Notes under the pieces: generated by a model | Databases searched by the model: none | Told to the model about the DNA's origin: nothing | The model's input: only the letters and a program-made list of their open reading frames with translations | Translations under genes and position numbers: made by a program | Shown: one piece after another, positions 10,705-21,996 of the stretch | Numbering within the stretch: the stretch's first letter is position 1 | Layout of the letters: each line of letters begins with the position of its first letter | Origin: Naegleria gruberi | Taxonomy: Eukaryota | Strand: one strand, 5' to 3' | Length of the DNA: 64,000 bases | NCBI GenBank assembly: GCA_000004985.1 | Contig: GG738850.1

Positions 10705-11088
10705 TTAATTATCAAAGTAAAAGTTAAATCTAGGAAATTGAATCTTTTCCAAAATAATAGGTTCAATCCACAAAATAAAGGAGCAAATAACAAAGAAGAT
10801 GAAGAAGAATGTAGCTAATCCCAAGCAAAGAACTGTTCCTCCTGTACCTCCTTGTTTGTTCTTTCTTTTTCCGTGATGAGTTTTAAATTGATTTTGAACT
10901 TGTTGTTGTACAAAAGGTGATGTTTTTAAACTTTTAGTTGGTGTAAATAAATCTATTATAGAAATATCATTGAATTCAGTAAATTGATCATCGGCATCAT
11001 CAACGTTCATGTATTGCCGTCTTCTTCGGGAGGTTCGAAGGTTTCGTGATGAAATGGAAATAGATGAAGGTGATGCTGGTAACGGCAT
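10705..11088 (-). CDS. Small hypothetical tail-anchored membrane protein, about 127 aa
   Basis: The ORF track start is TTG at 11100; the first ATG is at 11088. A C-terminal hydrophobic segment (VLCLGLATFFFIFFVICSFILWI) follows a basic, Ser-rich N-terminus. Its stop codon lies 5 nt from the IFT88 stop on the opposite strand. Weak support. Confidence 0.3.
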   Translation of the reverse strand: MPLPASPSSISISSRNLRTSRRRRQYMNVDDADDQFTEFNDISIIDLFTPTKSLKTSPFVQQQVQNQFKTHHGKRKNKQGGTGGTVLCLGLATFFFIFFVICSFILWIEPIILEKIQFPRFNFYFDN

Positions 11089-11216
11089 TTTTAATGTCAA
11101 TAATTATAATCAGTTCTATCACAATGTTTTGATTTTCATAAATAAACAATTTTATTGTACACATCATTCAGATGATGAAAGATTTTGAGAATAGTTCTTA
11201 TACTTCCCTAAAATCT

Positions 11217-11825
11217 CTAATCCTTGTATGAAACGAGAGTATCAACCTTGTGAACACTTGTAGAGAAGGATCTCAATCTAACTTCTGATGATTGAGTAAT
11301 GTATTTTGGGTCTGATTCTTCCCAAGCAAAAGGAGTACAAATATCCTTTGAAGTATAAACCAACAAATCGAATGTGCATGGCTCATTCAACAATGGAAGG
11401 AAGGTAACACTGGCAGTGATTTGACGAATTACAGCTTGAATTTCACTTGTAATTTGCTTCAAATCCTTCGTGTTGTGTCCTTCGTTTTCAGTGATGTTAT
11501 CATCAACCTCCAAATCAAATTGCCATCTTTCTAAAACCTCGGAACTATTAACACTTGTAATGACAAGAACAAGCTTTTGTACTTGCTTTTGAAGAAGCCA
11601 GTTTGAAAGTTGGTTGAGCACTTGACTCAAGTACTTTCTCAGCTGTTCATCAGTTGTTACCATCATTGGCAAGCCATATTTTGATACTTTGGTGAATGTT
11701 TCTGGTGGATAAATTCCTCTCTGATAAAGAATACTATTGATACTATATCCGAAAAATTCAGCAACAATTTCAGTGGAACCCTTCAGGGTGATGGTGTTTT
11801 TTGTGGCTTGAGCAGTTGAAGACAT
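11217..11825 (-). CDS. MAD2: Mitotic spindle assembly checkpoint protein MAD2 (HORMA domain), 202 aa
   Basis: Similar to MAD2 along the full length: ITLKGSTEIVAEFFGYSINSILYQRGIYPPETF, VQKLVLVITSVNSSEVLERWQFDLE, ITASVTFLPLL, VRLRSFSTSVHKVDTLVSYK. ATG at 11825. Confidence 0.9.
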   Translation of the reverse strand: MSSTAQATKNTITLKGSTEIVAEFFGYSINSILYQRGIYPPETFTKVSKYGLPMMVTTDEQLRKYLSQVLNQLSNWLLQKQVQKLVLVITSVNSSEVLERWQFDLEVDDNITENEGHNTKDLKQITSEIQAVIRQITASVTFLPLLNEPCTFDLLVYTSKDICTPFAWEESDPKYITQSSEVRLRSFSTSVHKVDTLVSYKD

Positions 11826-11873
11826 GCTGTGGTGATGATTTTTTTAAATTTTTGTTTATAACGGTTATATTGG

Positions 11874-11882
11874 TTTGGCGCC
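11874..11882 (+). promoter_or_regulatory. E2F-like site TTTGGCGCC in the 89-nt divergent promoter between MAD2 and the 11915 gene
   Basis: Canonical E2F 9-mer, GC-rich within AT-rich DNA. MAD2 is a classical E2F target in animals and plants. Confidence 0.4.
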
Positions 11883-11914
11883 TGATGGAATAACTTTTTG
11901 AATTTTTAAAAAAA

Positions 11915-13173
11915 ATGTGGGATGCATTCGACTTGGATCAACAGCAACAATTATCACAACAAGAAGCTGGTGATGAGCATTCAATGATGGATCACACTCT
12001 TTCGGAAAATCCAAATGATGATGATTATGTATTTTCAATGCAAACAGATGATGAATCAGAGGAGAGGTATTCCGAATCACATAAAATGGATATTAAAGAA
12101 AATCAAGCCATTTCCTTGTTTCATATTCCACAGGAAGTTCTAAATGAAAATCCTGATTTTTCCAGGTTATTACAAACAATTTCTAATCATATATCTCCGG
12201 ACAGTGGAATTGGAAAAGATGAGGAATACGAATTAGAACATTTGGAAAGACAATTCGAGAAGGAGAAGGAAAGATATTTCAAAAACACAATCATAATAGA
12301 TACAATCAAGGAAATGATAGACGATAGTCATCATTATTCTGAGCCGATTCAATCAACACTTTCTCATATAGACAAACTGCTGATAAAATCAGAAATTGAG
12401 ATTGGTATCAATATTTCAGATACTCTCGACTGTGTAAATTTATATGGACTTGATTCTCAAATTTTATCAGACACTATTAATGAGAAGGGGGTTGAAAATT
12501 TGCAAAATAATTTAAGAGAATATATTTACCCTGAATTAATACAGAAATGGGAAGGGTTATATGAAGATTTGCTCACCTTTTATCAACCTTTTCCTGAAGA
12601 GGCAACAAATCTGTTTGCTGACGATTCAAAGAATAGCAAACATTTTTCTCAAATCATTTCAAAACATCTTTCATCTATTAAGAAGGAGAAACACCTCATT
12701 TTGGAACAAAAGCAAAAACTTCAAGAGTATACCTTTACATACTTTAGCAAACTTTCTCAATGTGTACAAATACTCTGTACATTAATTAATCATTACAAGT
12801 GTGGGGAATTCAGACAATACGATGAATCTACCTTGTCTTGGTTAATAGAAAGAACTGAGGCCATGAAACTCAAGTTATGGTATGTATTGATTTTTATTCT
12901 ATTTGTTAACAATTTAATAGTTCAATCAAATATGAGTATCTTGTATCTATTTATGACAAGAATACAGTACCAATCTATTACAAAATGCACAAAATACTTG
13001 CTTCAAATTATAATAATCTAGAAAGTCAAAATAATCAACTGAATGCTGAAATTAAAAAGTATTCAACCTTAGGAGAGGATTTCGAAAAGCTTGTCGAGGA
13101 ATTTTCTATTATTCAGAAAAAGATTAATGAAAAGAAATGGGAAATTGAACAGCTCCACAATCCTAATGACTAG
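11915..13173 (+). CDS. Acidic coiled-coil protein. Two exons: 11915..12879 and 12921..13173.
   Basis: ATG at 11915 after aaaaaaa. A GTATGT donor at 12880 and a TTAATAG acceptor ending at 12920 (41-nt intron, phase 2) join the two track ORFs. This removes the hydrophobic read-through tail and links to the coiled-coil C-terminus (NNLESQNNQLNAEIKKY...). Exon lengths sum to 1218 nt. Confidence 0.5.
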
Positions 13174-13985
13174 TTACTAATATTTTTGGATATTTCTTCA
13201 ATGATACTGTCTGCTCTGGCTATTACTTTTCTGCACTCAGTTTCTGTTTTTTTGAACTCATTGCTATTCAATTTGAATGTATCATTTACAAATGTTTTTA
13301 CATCAGGAAAATCATCAAAACTGAATATTGACTTTTGATTACTATCTACTGTCCATGATTTGATAGGTGGAACTTCAAAATTATCCTCTTTTTCATCAAA
13401 CATTATTGAAGAAAACCTAAGGGCAATATGTTCTCCATTGATAAACTGAAGCTTTTTACATAATTGCTTTAATGTTTCATCAAAGCCTTCCTTTTCACAA
13501 ACTGGGTTTCCCTTTAGATTGATTGATTTCAAGTTTGGAACGTATTGTAATTCTTGTATATCTGTCAAGTTTTCAATATTATTCTTCTCCAGATTGAGGT
13601 GCTGTAAGTGTTTGAGAGAGGAAATACATTCAAGTTTCTTAATTTTGTTATTTGAAAGATTTAATCTTTTTAATTTTGTAATATTTTCCAATCCTTCCAT
13701 AGTTTCAATATCATTATGACTAAGATCAAGGTATTCCAATCTAATACATCTTCCTAAATTTTTAATTTTACTAATTCCTATTGAATTCAAGTCCAATTTA
13801 GCAACACTTCCCAAGTCAAATTGACCCGAGACAGTGCTAATTAAGTTATAATCAATTTCAATTTGTTCATGATAGCCATCCGATATTGAATCACTATCAT
13901 AAGAGATGGCAATACTAGGACTTCCCTCATCCTCACCTGTAGTCAACAAATAGGGTGAGATACTTATTGTAGGGAGAGCAGTCAT
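13170..13985 (-). CDS. SDS22-like leucine-rich-repeat protein with an LRRcap, 271 aa
   Basis: Tandem 22-aa LRRs (LEYLDLSHNDIETMEGLENITKLKRLNLSNNKIKKLECISSLKHLQHLNLEKNNIENL) are followed by a cap (KGNPVCEKEGFDETL). ATG at 13985. Its stop overlaps the stop of the convergent 11915 gene by 4 nt. Confidence 0.65.
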   Translation of the reverse strand: MTALPTISISPYLLTTGEDEGSPSIAISYDSDSISDGYHEQIEIDYNLISTVSGQFDLGSVAKLDLNSIGISKIKNLGRCIRLEYLDLSHNDIETMEGLENITKLKRLNLSNNKIKKLECISSLKHLQHLNLEKNNIENLTDIQELQYVPNLKSINLKGNPVCEKEGFDETLKQLCKKLQFINGEHIALRFSSIMFDEKEDNFEVPPIKSWTVDSNQKSIFSFDDFPDVKTFVNDTFKLNSNEFKKTETECRKVIARADSIIEEISKNISN

Positions 13986-13995
13986 TTTTTTCTAT

Positions 13996-14004
13996 TTTGG
14001 CGCC
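13996..14004 (+). promoter_or_regulatory. E2F-like TTTGGCGCC, plus a nearby GGCGCGAG, in the divergent promoter between the LRR gene and the 14162 gene
   Basis: Second exact copy of the 9-mer, 11 nt upstream of the LRR gene ATG, with another GC-rich CGCG element at 14021-14030. Confidence 0.35.
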
Positions 14005-14161
14005 CAATCACACTACATTAAAGGCGCGAGAACCTCATTGTGTGTAGTTATTGTTCACCACCAACAAACAAACGAAGATAAGTCCAGTTAGCTGAATATG
14101 ATTGTCTGCTGAAAATACCTGTTGTAGTGAGAGTGGATTTGCTGTTCGTAAATTTAAAAAA

Positions 14162-16278
14162 ATGAGCCAAAACAACCCAGAGAGACTCAACCAGCTCATT
14201 CTAGCCTGTTATGACACTAAGAATAATTCCATGAAGAAGCATCAGATGCTTCAAACAAGTGGGCGAGAATCTCCTCTCAGTTTTTCAATGCCATCAGTTC
14301 TTCCAAAAAGTACGAAACAAGCAATGGATAGATCTAAGGTGAAAAAAGATAGCGAAATCAGAGAACGAACAATAACACCCTTACCTGTAAATATAAACGG
14401 AAAGTATAATCCAAAGATTAATAATCCACTTCGAGATAATATTGGATTTAATTCTGTAAAAGTTCCTTCGGAAAAACAAGACTCTGGATTAAAACATTTA
14501 GGAATAACAAACTCTTTAATCAAGGTATGTAATGAAATAATGTGAGCACTAACAAAAATTAGAAATTATGGGAATCAGTTTTGCAATATGTAGAAGAGGA
14601 ATTAATAGAGGGAAATCCTGTAGAGATTCCTAATTTTTGTATTATTTCATTCAACACTGAAACTCAAGATTGTGGTAGCTACACAAAGAAACACCGTAAG
14701 CCTGTGTTTGTTCTTCTGGATAAGTTTGAACAAAAATATGGAGTATCCTCTCTTAAAGTGCCATTGAATGAGGGAAAAAGAAAAATGGATTTAGGAAGAA
14801 TAACATCAAACCTTAAAATATCAAAATCAGTTGCTAAATCAATTTTGGATTCAATAATTAAAAATATTGGAGAGAATGCAAGGGAATCAACAAGGAAAGA
14901 ATATACTGTGAATCTTAGAGTATGCAAATTGAAATTCAAAGGAAAGAGCTGCTTCTCTAAATGGGATGAAAAATTCCTTGAAAATGTGGAGGATAGGCTC
15001 ACAAAGACATCTCTGTCACTTTCATTTGATTCTGAAAAAGTTCCAAGAGGTCAATACGAGAATGCCAAAAGAAATAAGCAGATAATGAGGGACTTGGGAA
15101 TGTCCAAGAGATCACCATCCCCAATTATTTTGGAAAGCAATAGAAACAGGTCCTCTAATTTCAGTACTATGTCTACTCAATCAACAGTTACACTTGGACC
15201 ACCATATGATGTCGACAAGATTACATCCATTTCATCACTAGATATTAATCCAGAGGTTTCGACTCATAGCGCCAAAGAACTTCAAACAAGAAAGAAAAAT
15301 ATGAAAGATTCACTTACAACTAAGGTTGGTCAAGGAATTGCTGATAATTACAATCCAGGGCAGTTTTCCTTGTTTCACAATAGACCAACAACTCCGTTTG
15401 AGTATGATAAAGAGAAGGCAGAGGATTTAAGAGAGGGGTTACAAAACTTGGACATTGATAAGCATAACAGGAAAGAAGTTCAAAAATATGATAACGAGAA
15501 GGAAAGATTCTATAATGATTGGGTAGTAAAGCAAGAAGAGGAAAATGATACAGATTTCAAACGAGAGAGAGCAGCAAATTACCAACATGCTCACAAATTT
15601 AATATTGACCTTTCCAATAACAAGAAGCAACATAAGGATGAGCATGTTCCTAATATGAATGAAAGCTTCAAGAAAATGCACAACTCATTAGTTGAATCAT
15701 TTATTCAAGAAAAGGAAAAGAAAGAAGCATTTGTTAAGGGTTTAAAGGAGCAACAAAGACTCCAAAAGAAATATGAAGAGTCTACCTCTGATTTTGACAA
15801 CTCATTATTTATGAAAAATTCCTATAACCATGATTCAAAGCCCAATTATGCCCAACAAAGAAAAGAGAAACAAGTTGAGTTTTTTAAATCCCTTTCAGAA
15901 CAAGTTAATCAAAGACAAGAAGAAGAGAAAAGACAAGAAACGGAAAGAAAACGAGATATAAACATGTTAATAGTTAAAGGAAATGATGACGAATATAAGA
16001 AAAGGCAAGAAGATAAAAGAAAACAAACTAGGGAGGAGTTCAAGTCCTTTATATCAACTAAAGAAAAAGAAATTAGTGAATTAAGAGAGTTAGGATTCGA
16101 AAGAAACAAAGAAGGAGCAAAAAAACAAGCAGAACTCATTCAATCAATGATTCAAAGTGACTTTGATAAGAAACGTAGACAAAACGAACACCAAAAATCT
16201 TATCTCGACAAGCAAGTTTATCAAAAGGAGGTAGAAACCTCAATCAATAGAAAGATTGAAAACTCTTTCATGTTTTAA
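14162..16278 (+). CDS. Charged Lys/Glu/Arg-rich hypothetical protein of about 690 aa. Two exons: 14162..14524 and 14563..16278.
   Basis: ATG at 14162 after aaaaa. A GTATGT donor at 14525 and an AG acceptor at 14562 (38-nt intron, phase 0) join the track ORFs 14102-14545 and 14581-16278. The C-terminal third is a coiled-coil/charged low-complexity region. Confidence 0.5.
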
Positions 16279-16487
16279 TGAACATTGAATAACAAACTTA
16301 ATAAATACCGCCATTTTTACTTTTCCGCCAAAACTAACAGACAATTCAAGAGTTGTTGCCAGTATTGTTGAATTCTGAGGGACAAACCGTTGAATTCTCC
16401 ATGTTCACCAATCTCCTCTTGATTTGGTTTACCAACAGTTAACGCTAATTCAAACCTTAAAAAAAGTTACCAAAATCCCACACTACA

Positions 16488-18926
16488 ATGGTGACTCATG
16501 TACAGAAGAATAAGATATTAACTGAGGCGCAAGTCCTTAATACCTCCTTGACACAATCAAAGGAAAATGTAGTAATAAGCAAGATGCTCGAAGAACACAA
16601 ACAAAATAATGAAGCAAAACTGTTACAACTAGAGACGGGTAAAAAGAAGAGTATCATCAAGTCATTCATCTCACGTGTATTCTCTATCAAACTTTGTCTT
16701 TCTCTGATTATTATGTTATTGATTATTATTTCCACAATATCAATTTTTGTTGCTACGATTGTTTTGCAAGGTAAGATAACTTCATCATTTTTATCCTTAA
16801 TAATAATAATTATTATTATTAATACTATGCAGGCGCATCCATTGATGAATCAACACAAAAACTAGGAAATCAAATCAAGCTTAGAGCTGCTGAATATTTA
16901 AATAACTTTATTAGATATCCATTCCAAATTACGGAGGGTATTGTCAGAAGAATATCAAAATTAGATAATTTGAGCCCTGATATGGATGACTGGGGAAGGA
17001 GAATTGAAGAATTAATTTCTAGTGTTGCAAGCTTTGAAATCAGCTATGCTTCTTTCTTAGCAGATGATTATTTCTTTGGTGTTTCAAGAAACACTGATTC
17101 CCCAACACTTACCTATCAACTGGAATACTATTCGAATGGCATGTATTATAAGCCAATATATTTGGATAAGAACTTTGACTATACACTGACTAAAGAACAA
17201 AAAGGAACAATGTCGATGGACATATTTGAATGGTGGACAACTGCAAAACAAACCAAGAAGAAGAGTTTTAGCAAATTGTATGCCACAAACAAGAGCTCTG
17301 TTTGGCTTACTGCCTCTCATCCTGTCGTTAATGCAACCACAGGAGAGCTTGCATATTTAATTACAACAGATCTTACAATGCTCGACCTTAGTTCATATTT
17401 GGAAAGTATTGTAATCAGTCCTAATTCATATATTTATGTCATTTCAGCAGCAACATCTGAAATGATTGCATGTTCTAAATCATCAAACGAAACATTATAT
17501 GTTTACAATACTCTTGCTCCACAACATCTTGAAAGAAAGAGGTTGTATGAAAGTTCAAATCATATAGTTAAAGCTGTTGGTGAAACTTTACGTAAAAAGT
17601 ATAATAACAATCTTCAAAATTTTACAGGTACTGAAAGAGTAGTGGTGGATGGAAATACGTATCTTCTTAACATGGTAGCTGTTGAAGACAAGCTCAATTT
17701 AGGGTTGAATTGGAATGTTCTTGTTATCATGTCAGTAGATGACTTTATGAGTTCTGTCTATCTAATCAGAAATATTGTGCTGATAGCTGATGGTGTTATT
17801 TTGTGTTTGTCTTTAGTTATTGCAATTGTTGTCAGTATGTTGATCACAAATCCTCTTGTTTCTCTTGGAAATGATATGGATGCTCTTGGTAAAGGCGAGT
17901 TCAAGGTAATGAAAAAGAAAAAATTGATTCTTTTCCATGAAGTCAAAAAGCTCAGAAACCACTTCTCTAAAATGTCATCTGCAGTTGATGGTTTCATGAA
18001 GTATGTTCCAAGAGAAATTGTCTCCTCTTTCATTGGAAGTGATGCAAAAACTTTCAAATTGGGTGTTGAATCAAAGCACATTGCTATTCTCTTTTCAGAT
18101 ATCAAGAACTTTACAACTATTTGTGAAGCAACAGAACCAACTGTTTTGATTACTATTCTTGGAAAATATTTTGAATTGACTTCAGAAGTTGTATATAGAA
18201 ATAGGGGAGTTTTAGACAAGTATATTGGTGACTCTTTGGTAAGTTTGACTAATTTGATTTAAATCTAATAAGAGTTTGTAGATGGCACTCTTTGGTGCTC
18301 CAGATACCTATGAAAATTATGTCTTTCATGGTTGTAATGCAGCTTTTGAAATGCAAACAGCTCTTCAACCATACAATGATCAATTACATAAGGAGGGAAG
18401 AGATACATTGTACACTAGAGTTGGAGTTAGTTGTGGAGATGTTTTGGTTGGTAACATTGGTTCATCATTTCGTTTGTCCTATACTTGTTTGGGAGACTCT
18501 GTCAATCTTTCTTCGAGATTGGAAGGTTTGAACAAGGTATATGGAACAAATATCATGGTTTCTGAATTCTGCTATGAAATTGTTAAAGACCTCTTCCTGT
18601 TCAGAACTCTGGATGTGGTTGCTGTCAAGGGTAAAGTGAATGGTGTTAAGGTGTATGAAATTGTTGGTAGAAAGTGGTCTCCCTTCCAAGGTGATTCTGT
18701 CACTGTTTCTCAAGAAAGGGTTGAATATTGTAGAACATACAATACTATTATTGAAGATTTGTACTTTAAGAAAAAGTTTGGTGTGGCTGAAAAAGCATTC
18801 AGAGATTTTGCTGATAGGTATGAGCAAGATTCAGCAGCTCTTGAAATGGCTTACAGATGCAGAAGCTATGTAAATAATCCTCCTCCAGATTCTTGGAATG
18901 GTGTATATTTTGCAAAAGACAAGTAA
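16488..18926 (+). CDS. Membrane-anchored class III adenylate/guanylate cyclase. Three exons: 16488..16770, 16833..18238 and 18282..18926.
   Basis: Exon 1 encodes an N-terminal TM segment (LCLSLIIMLLIIISTISIFVATIVLQG). Introns: GTAAGA...TGCAG (16771-16832) and GTAAGT...TGTAG (18239-18281). The cyclase core spans the second intron (FSDIKNFTTICE...YIGDSL | MALFGAPD...VSCGDVLVGNIGS...YTCLGDSVNLSSRLEGLNK). A second TM lies before the catalytic domain. Confidence 0.8.
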
Positions 18927-19062
18927 ATAAATTAACTTGCCACAGTAAATTGAAATTTATATCATTCCTAAATAATACTTCAATAATATAAATAGTATAT
19001 AGATTGCAACGGTAACAGTTATTTGTTCGATACAAAATTCGAATTGTTAACTTGTTAAAAAA

Positions 19063-21682
19063 ATGCTAAATCAATTTCAACAGATTTTTCCGACCAATAC
19101 ACCTCGTTTTCATCCACATATTCATCCACAACATCGAAATGATCCACCAGAGGGTACAATAGAATTTTCCAAACTCATCCAATCCGTTGGCAATCACTTT
19201 ACATTCAACTCGGAGTATTGCAGTGTAGAGCAAATAATTTCACATCATCATGATGAGTCTACCGATTCGACTATTATCGTTTCACAATGTAGGAGACCGT
19301 TTTCATGTTCATGTGTATTTAAAGTGATTCGACGAAGGGTAACAAATGGTCAGGATGAAAATTCAGATATTTCAAAATATAATTCTGCAAAATTTAATGC
19401 CGTGGATAATAATCAAAATCCTAATTATGTAATAAGGGAATTTGAATATAGGAGTGAAGATGGAATGGAGCTATGGAAGGAATATGTCATTGTTTCTAAA
19501 TATTATGGAGAATCTCTGTTTAGAATGATGAGGAGTCGTCGTGCTGGAATTGCTGAGGATATTTCTGTAATTTTCATGTTGAAAGTAATTTGTTCATGTT
19601 TGGAAAAGTTGGAAAATTTTCATTTGAATGGAATAGTTCATTGTAATGTGGAACCTTCGAATATTTTTAAAGGTGATGATTTAAATATCGAGTTGGGCGG
19701 TTTGGGTTGTGTTCAATTATCAACTAGAAATCCAGGAGTATTGGTTGATTGTAAAGGATTTTTGAAATGGATGCCTAAAGCATTTGTTGCACCTGAAGTT
19801 CAAACTAAACAATTGATTGGGCTTAAAAGTGACATTTGGAGTTTGGGAATGGTCTTGTTAAGGTTCTTATTTCCAAATCTAGTAAATCTTGTAGTCAGTG
19901 ATTCCAATATTGATGAGATATTTAAAGGTCTATCCAATGTAGAAAGAGATGATGCTTGTTGGAATGAAATTAAGAATTTAATCAAATCAATGCTAACAAT
20001 TGATGTGAACAAAAGACCAACCAGTGGACAATTATTGAATACCATAACTAATGGTAGTCGTTTTAGAGATTCTGCTGAAACATTGACGAAATGCTTTAAA
20101 GAAAATCGAGGTGTTGCTCTTCACCTTTGTAAATTTAATTATGGCTCTTTCAAATACCTGGAATCATTTCATAGTGATAGAGAGATGGCCCTCAAGTATA
20201 ACGATTCTTTCCAGTATATGGATGAGGCTTTTCTAGATGATAGGGATTTCATATTGGAAGCGGTAAGAATAAATCCCTACCTGGTGGACGAATTGGAAGG
20301 AATGGATTTGCTAGATAGAGAGATACTTGAGGAGGCTATCAAGGCAGATGGAGAAGTAATGAGTGGACTAGATGAAAAATATCTATTAGATAGAGAGCTA
20401 GCTCTTTTGGCTGTCAGACAAAATGGCCTAGCTCTAGAACATATTGCTAATTATTTTGGTGATGATGAAGAGGTAAGAAGTGTAAACATTCATTATTTCT
20501 AATGTCAAACTTAAGGTTGTTTTGGAGGCTATTAAGAACGAAGGACGTGCCATTGAATTTGCCTCAGCGAGATTGAAGCGTAACAAGAAACTTGTTTCAA
20601 TGGCCCTTAAAGATAATCCAATGGCATTAAATAATATTGATCAAGAGGAATTCGGGTTGGAAAGTGATGATGAAAGTATTTTTCATTCTGGTGGTGAGGA
20701 AGATAAGGGCAATGAATTTCTAAATCCACAAATTATATGTATTAGTGGAGGTTTCATGAGCAACCAATACGGTAATATGGAGTTTTCCCCTCAATTACCA
20801 CGTTTCAATAATTCTCCTCAAAATATTGGCCTATTGCAAAATAAGCATGAGATTATTAATGCAGTAACAATGGATGGTTTACTATTGCAACACATTCCAG
20901 AAGTATTTAAAAACGATGAACACGTGGTAATTAATGCAGTTCTAGGGAATGCAATGGCTCTTCAGTATGCCTCCCCTATTTGGCGAGATAATGAAACTGT
21001 TGTTCTGACAGCTATTAGAAAAAATGAATCTGCCCTTCAATTTGCCTCTCCCAGGTTGAGAAATTGTAAAAAGTTTTTAACTTGTGCCCTTAGTATTAAT
21101 GGATTGACTTTGCAATATATTGATCCATTACTTATAGATGAGGAATTAATTGTGGTTGCTGTAACTCAGAATGCACGTGCACTTTTATACACTCCCAACC
21201 AATTGAAAACTAAACATGTTGTCATGCAAGCTGTATCTCAAAATGGACTGGCTCTTGAGATGGTTCCATCAATGAACAATGATAGAGAGATTGTTGGACA
21301 AGCAATCTGTCAAAATGGATTGGCCTATAGGATGGCTTCTGATACTTTGAAACAGGACCAGTCATTATTTGCTCTTGCATTGAAAGGAAGAGGTGATAAT
21401 TTGGCAGCAATTTACTCCAAGACAACCCATAACCACCAACAGGACAGTTTATCAGTCTTTATTCAATTTCTAGATATTATCAGAGAGGCACCAATTGAAC
21501 TATTGAGTGATACTCGATTTGTTAAGGAAAGTGTGAAAAATGCAGCATTTCCATTCTACCCAAATTTCAACCTTGATGACCAGATAGTTATGAATATCTG
21601 TAGAAATAATCAAGTTAATATTAAGAGGAAACATTATGGTGAGGAAGGTGTAGTAGAAAATCCAACCAAACGAAAAAAGTAA
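19063..21682 (+). CDS. Protein-kinase-like (probable pseudokinase) domain fused to C-terminal DUF4116 repeats. Two exons: 19063..20472 and 20516..21682.
   Basis: The kinase-fold region has a degenerate catalytic loop (IVHCNVEPSNIF instead of HRDLKPENI), GGLG in place of DFG, and APE retained (FVAPEV). These are followed by about 12 tandem repeats of roughly 35 aa of the DUF4116 type (LALQYASP..R.N...VL.AI..NG.AL...). The GTAAGA...TTAAG intron (20473-20515, phase 0) falls inside a repeat. Confidence 0.7.
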
Positions 21683-21996
21683 ATGTTGCATGTGTATTTT
21701 CAACTATTAAAAAATTGGTTCTCTATTTAAATCCAGATAATTGGTATTAGAAAACATGACTCATTCCTCACCAAACGAAATTTTGACTATTTGTAAGAGT
21801 TTATTTTGTTATTTACAAGTGTTTGTTTAGATAGTTGATATCATGATCCTTAAATCCAGCTATATCATGATTGACTGGTACATTTTCAACTATGAAGATT
21901 GATTCTCTTTCTCTGTCTTGACGCTACACAACAAATGTGTAGGGAGAATGTGAGATGTTCTTCTTAATAGTTGTTATAAATTATTCTAAACGAGTA

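Noticed and set aside
16488-16865. ORF 16488..16865 as an independent small TM protein with a poly-Ile tail
   Set aside because: The poly-Ile tail is read-through of a GTAAGA...TGCAG intron (16771-16832). Spliced, it continues in phase into the adenylate cyclase ORF, so it is exon 1 of that gene.
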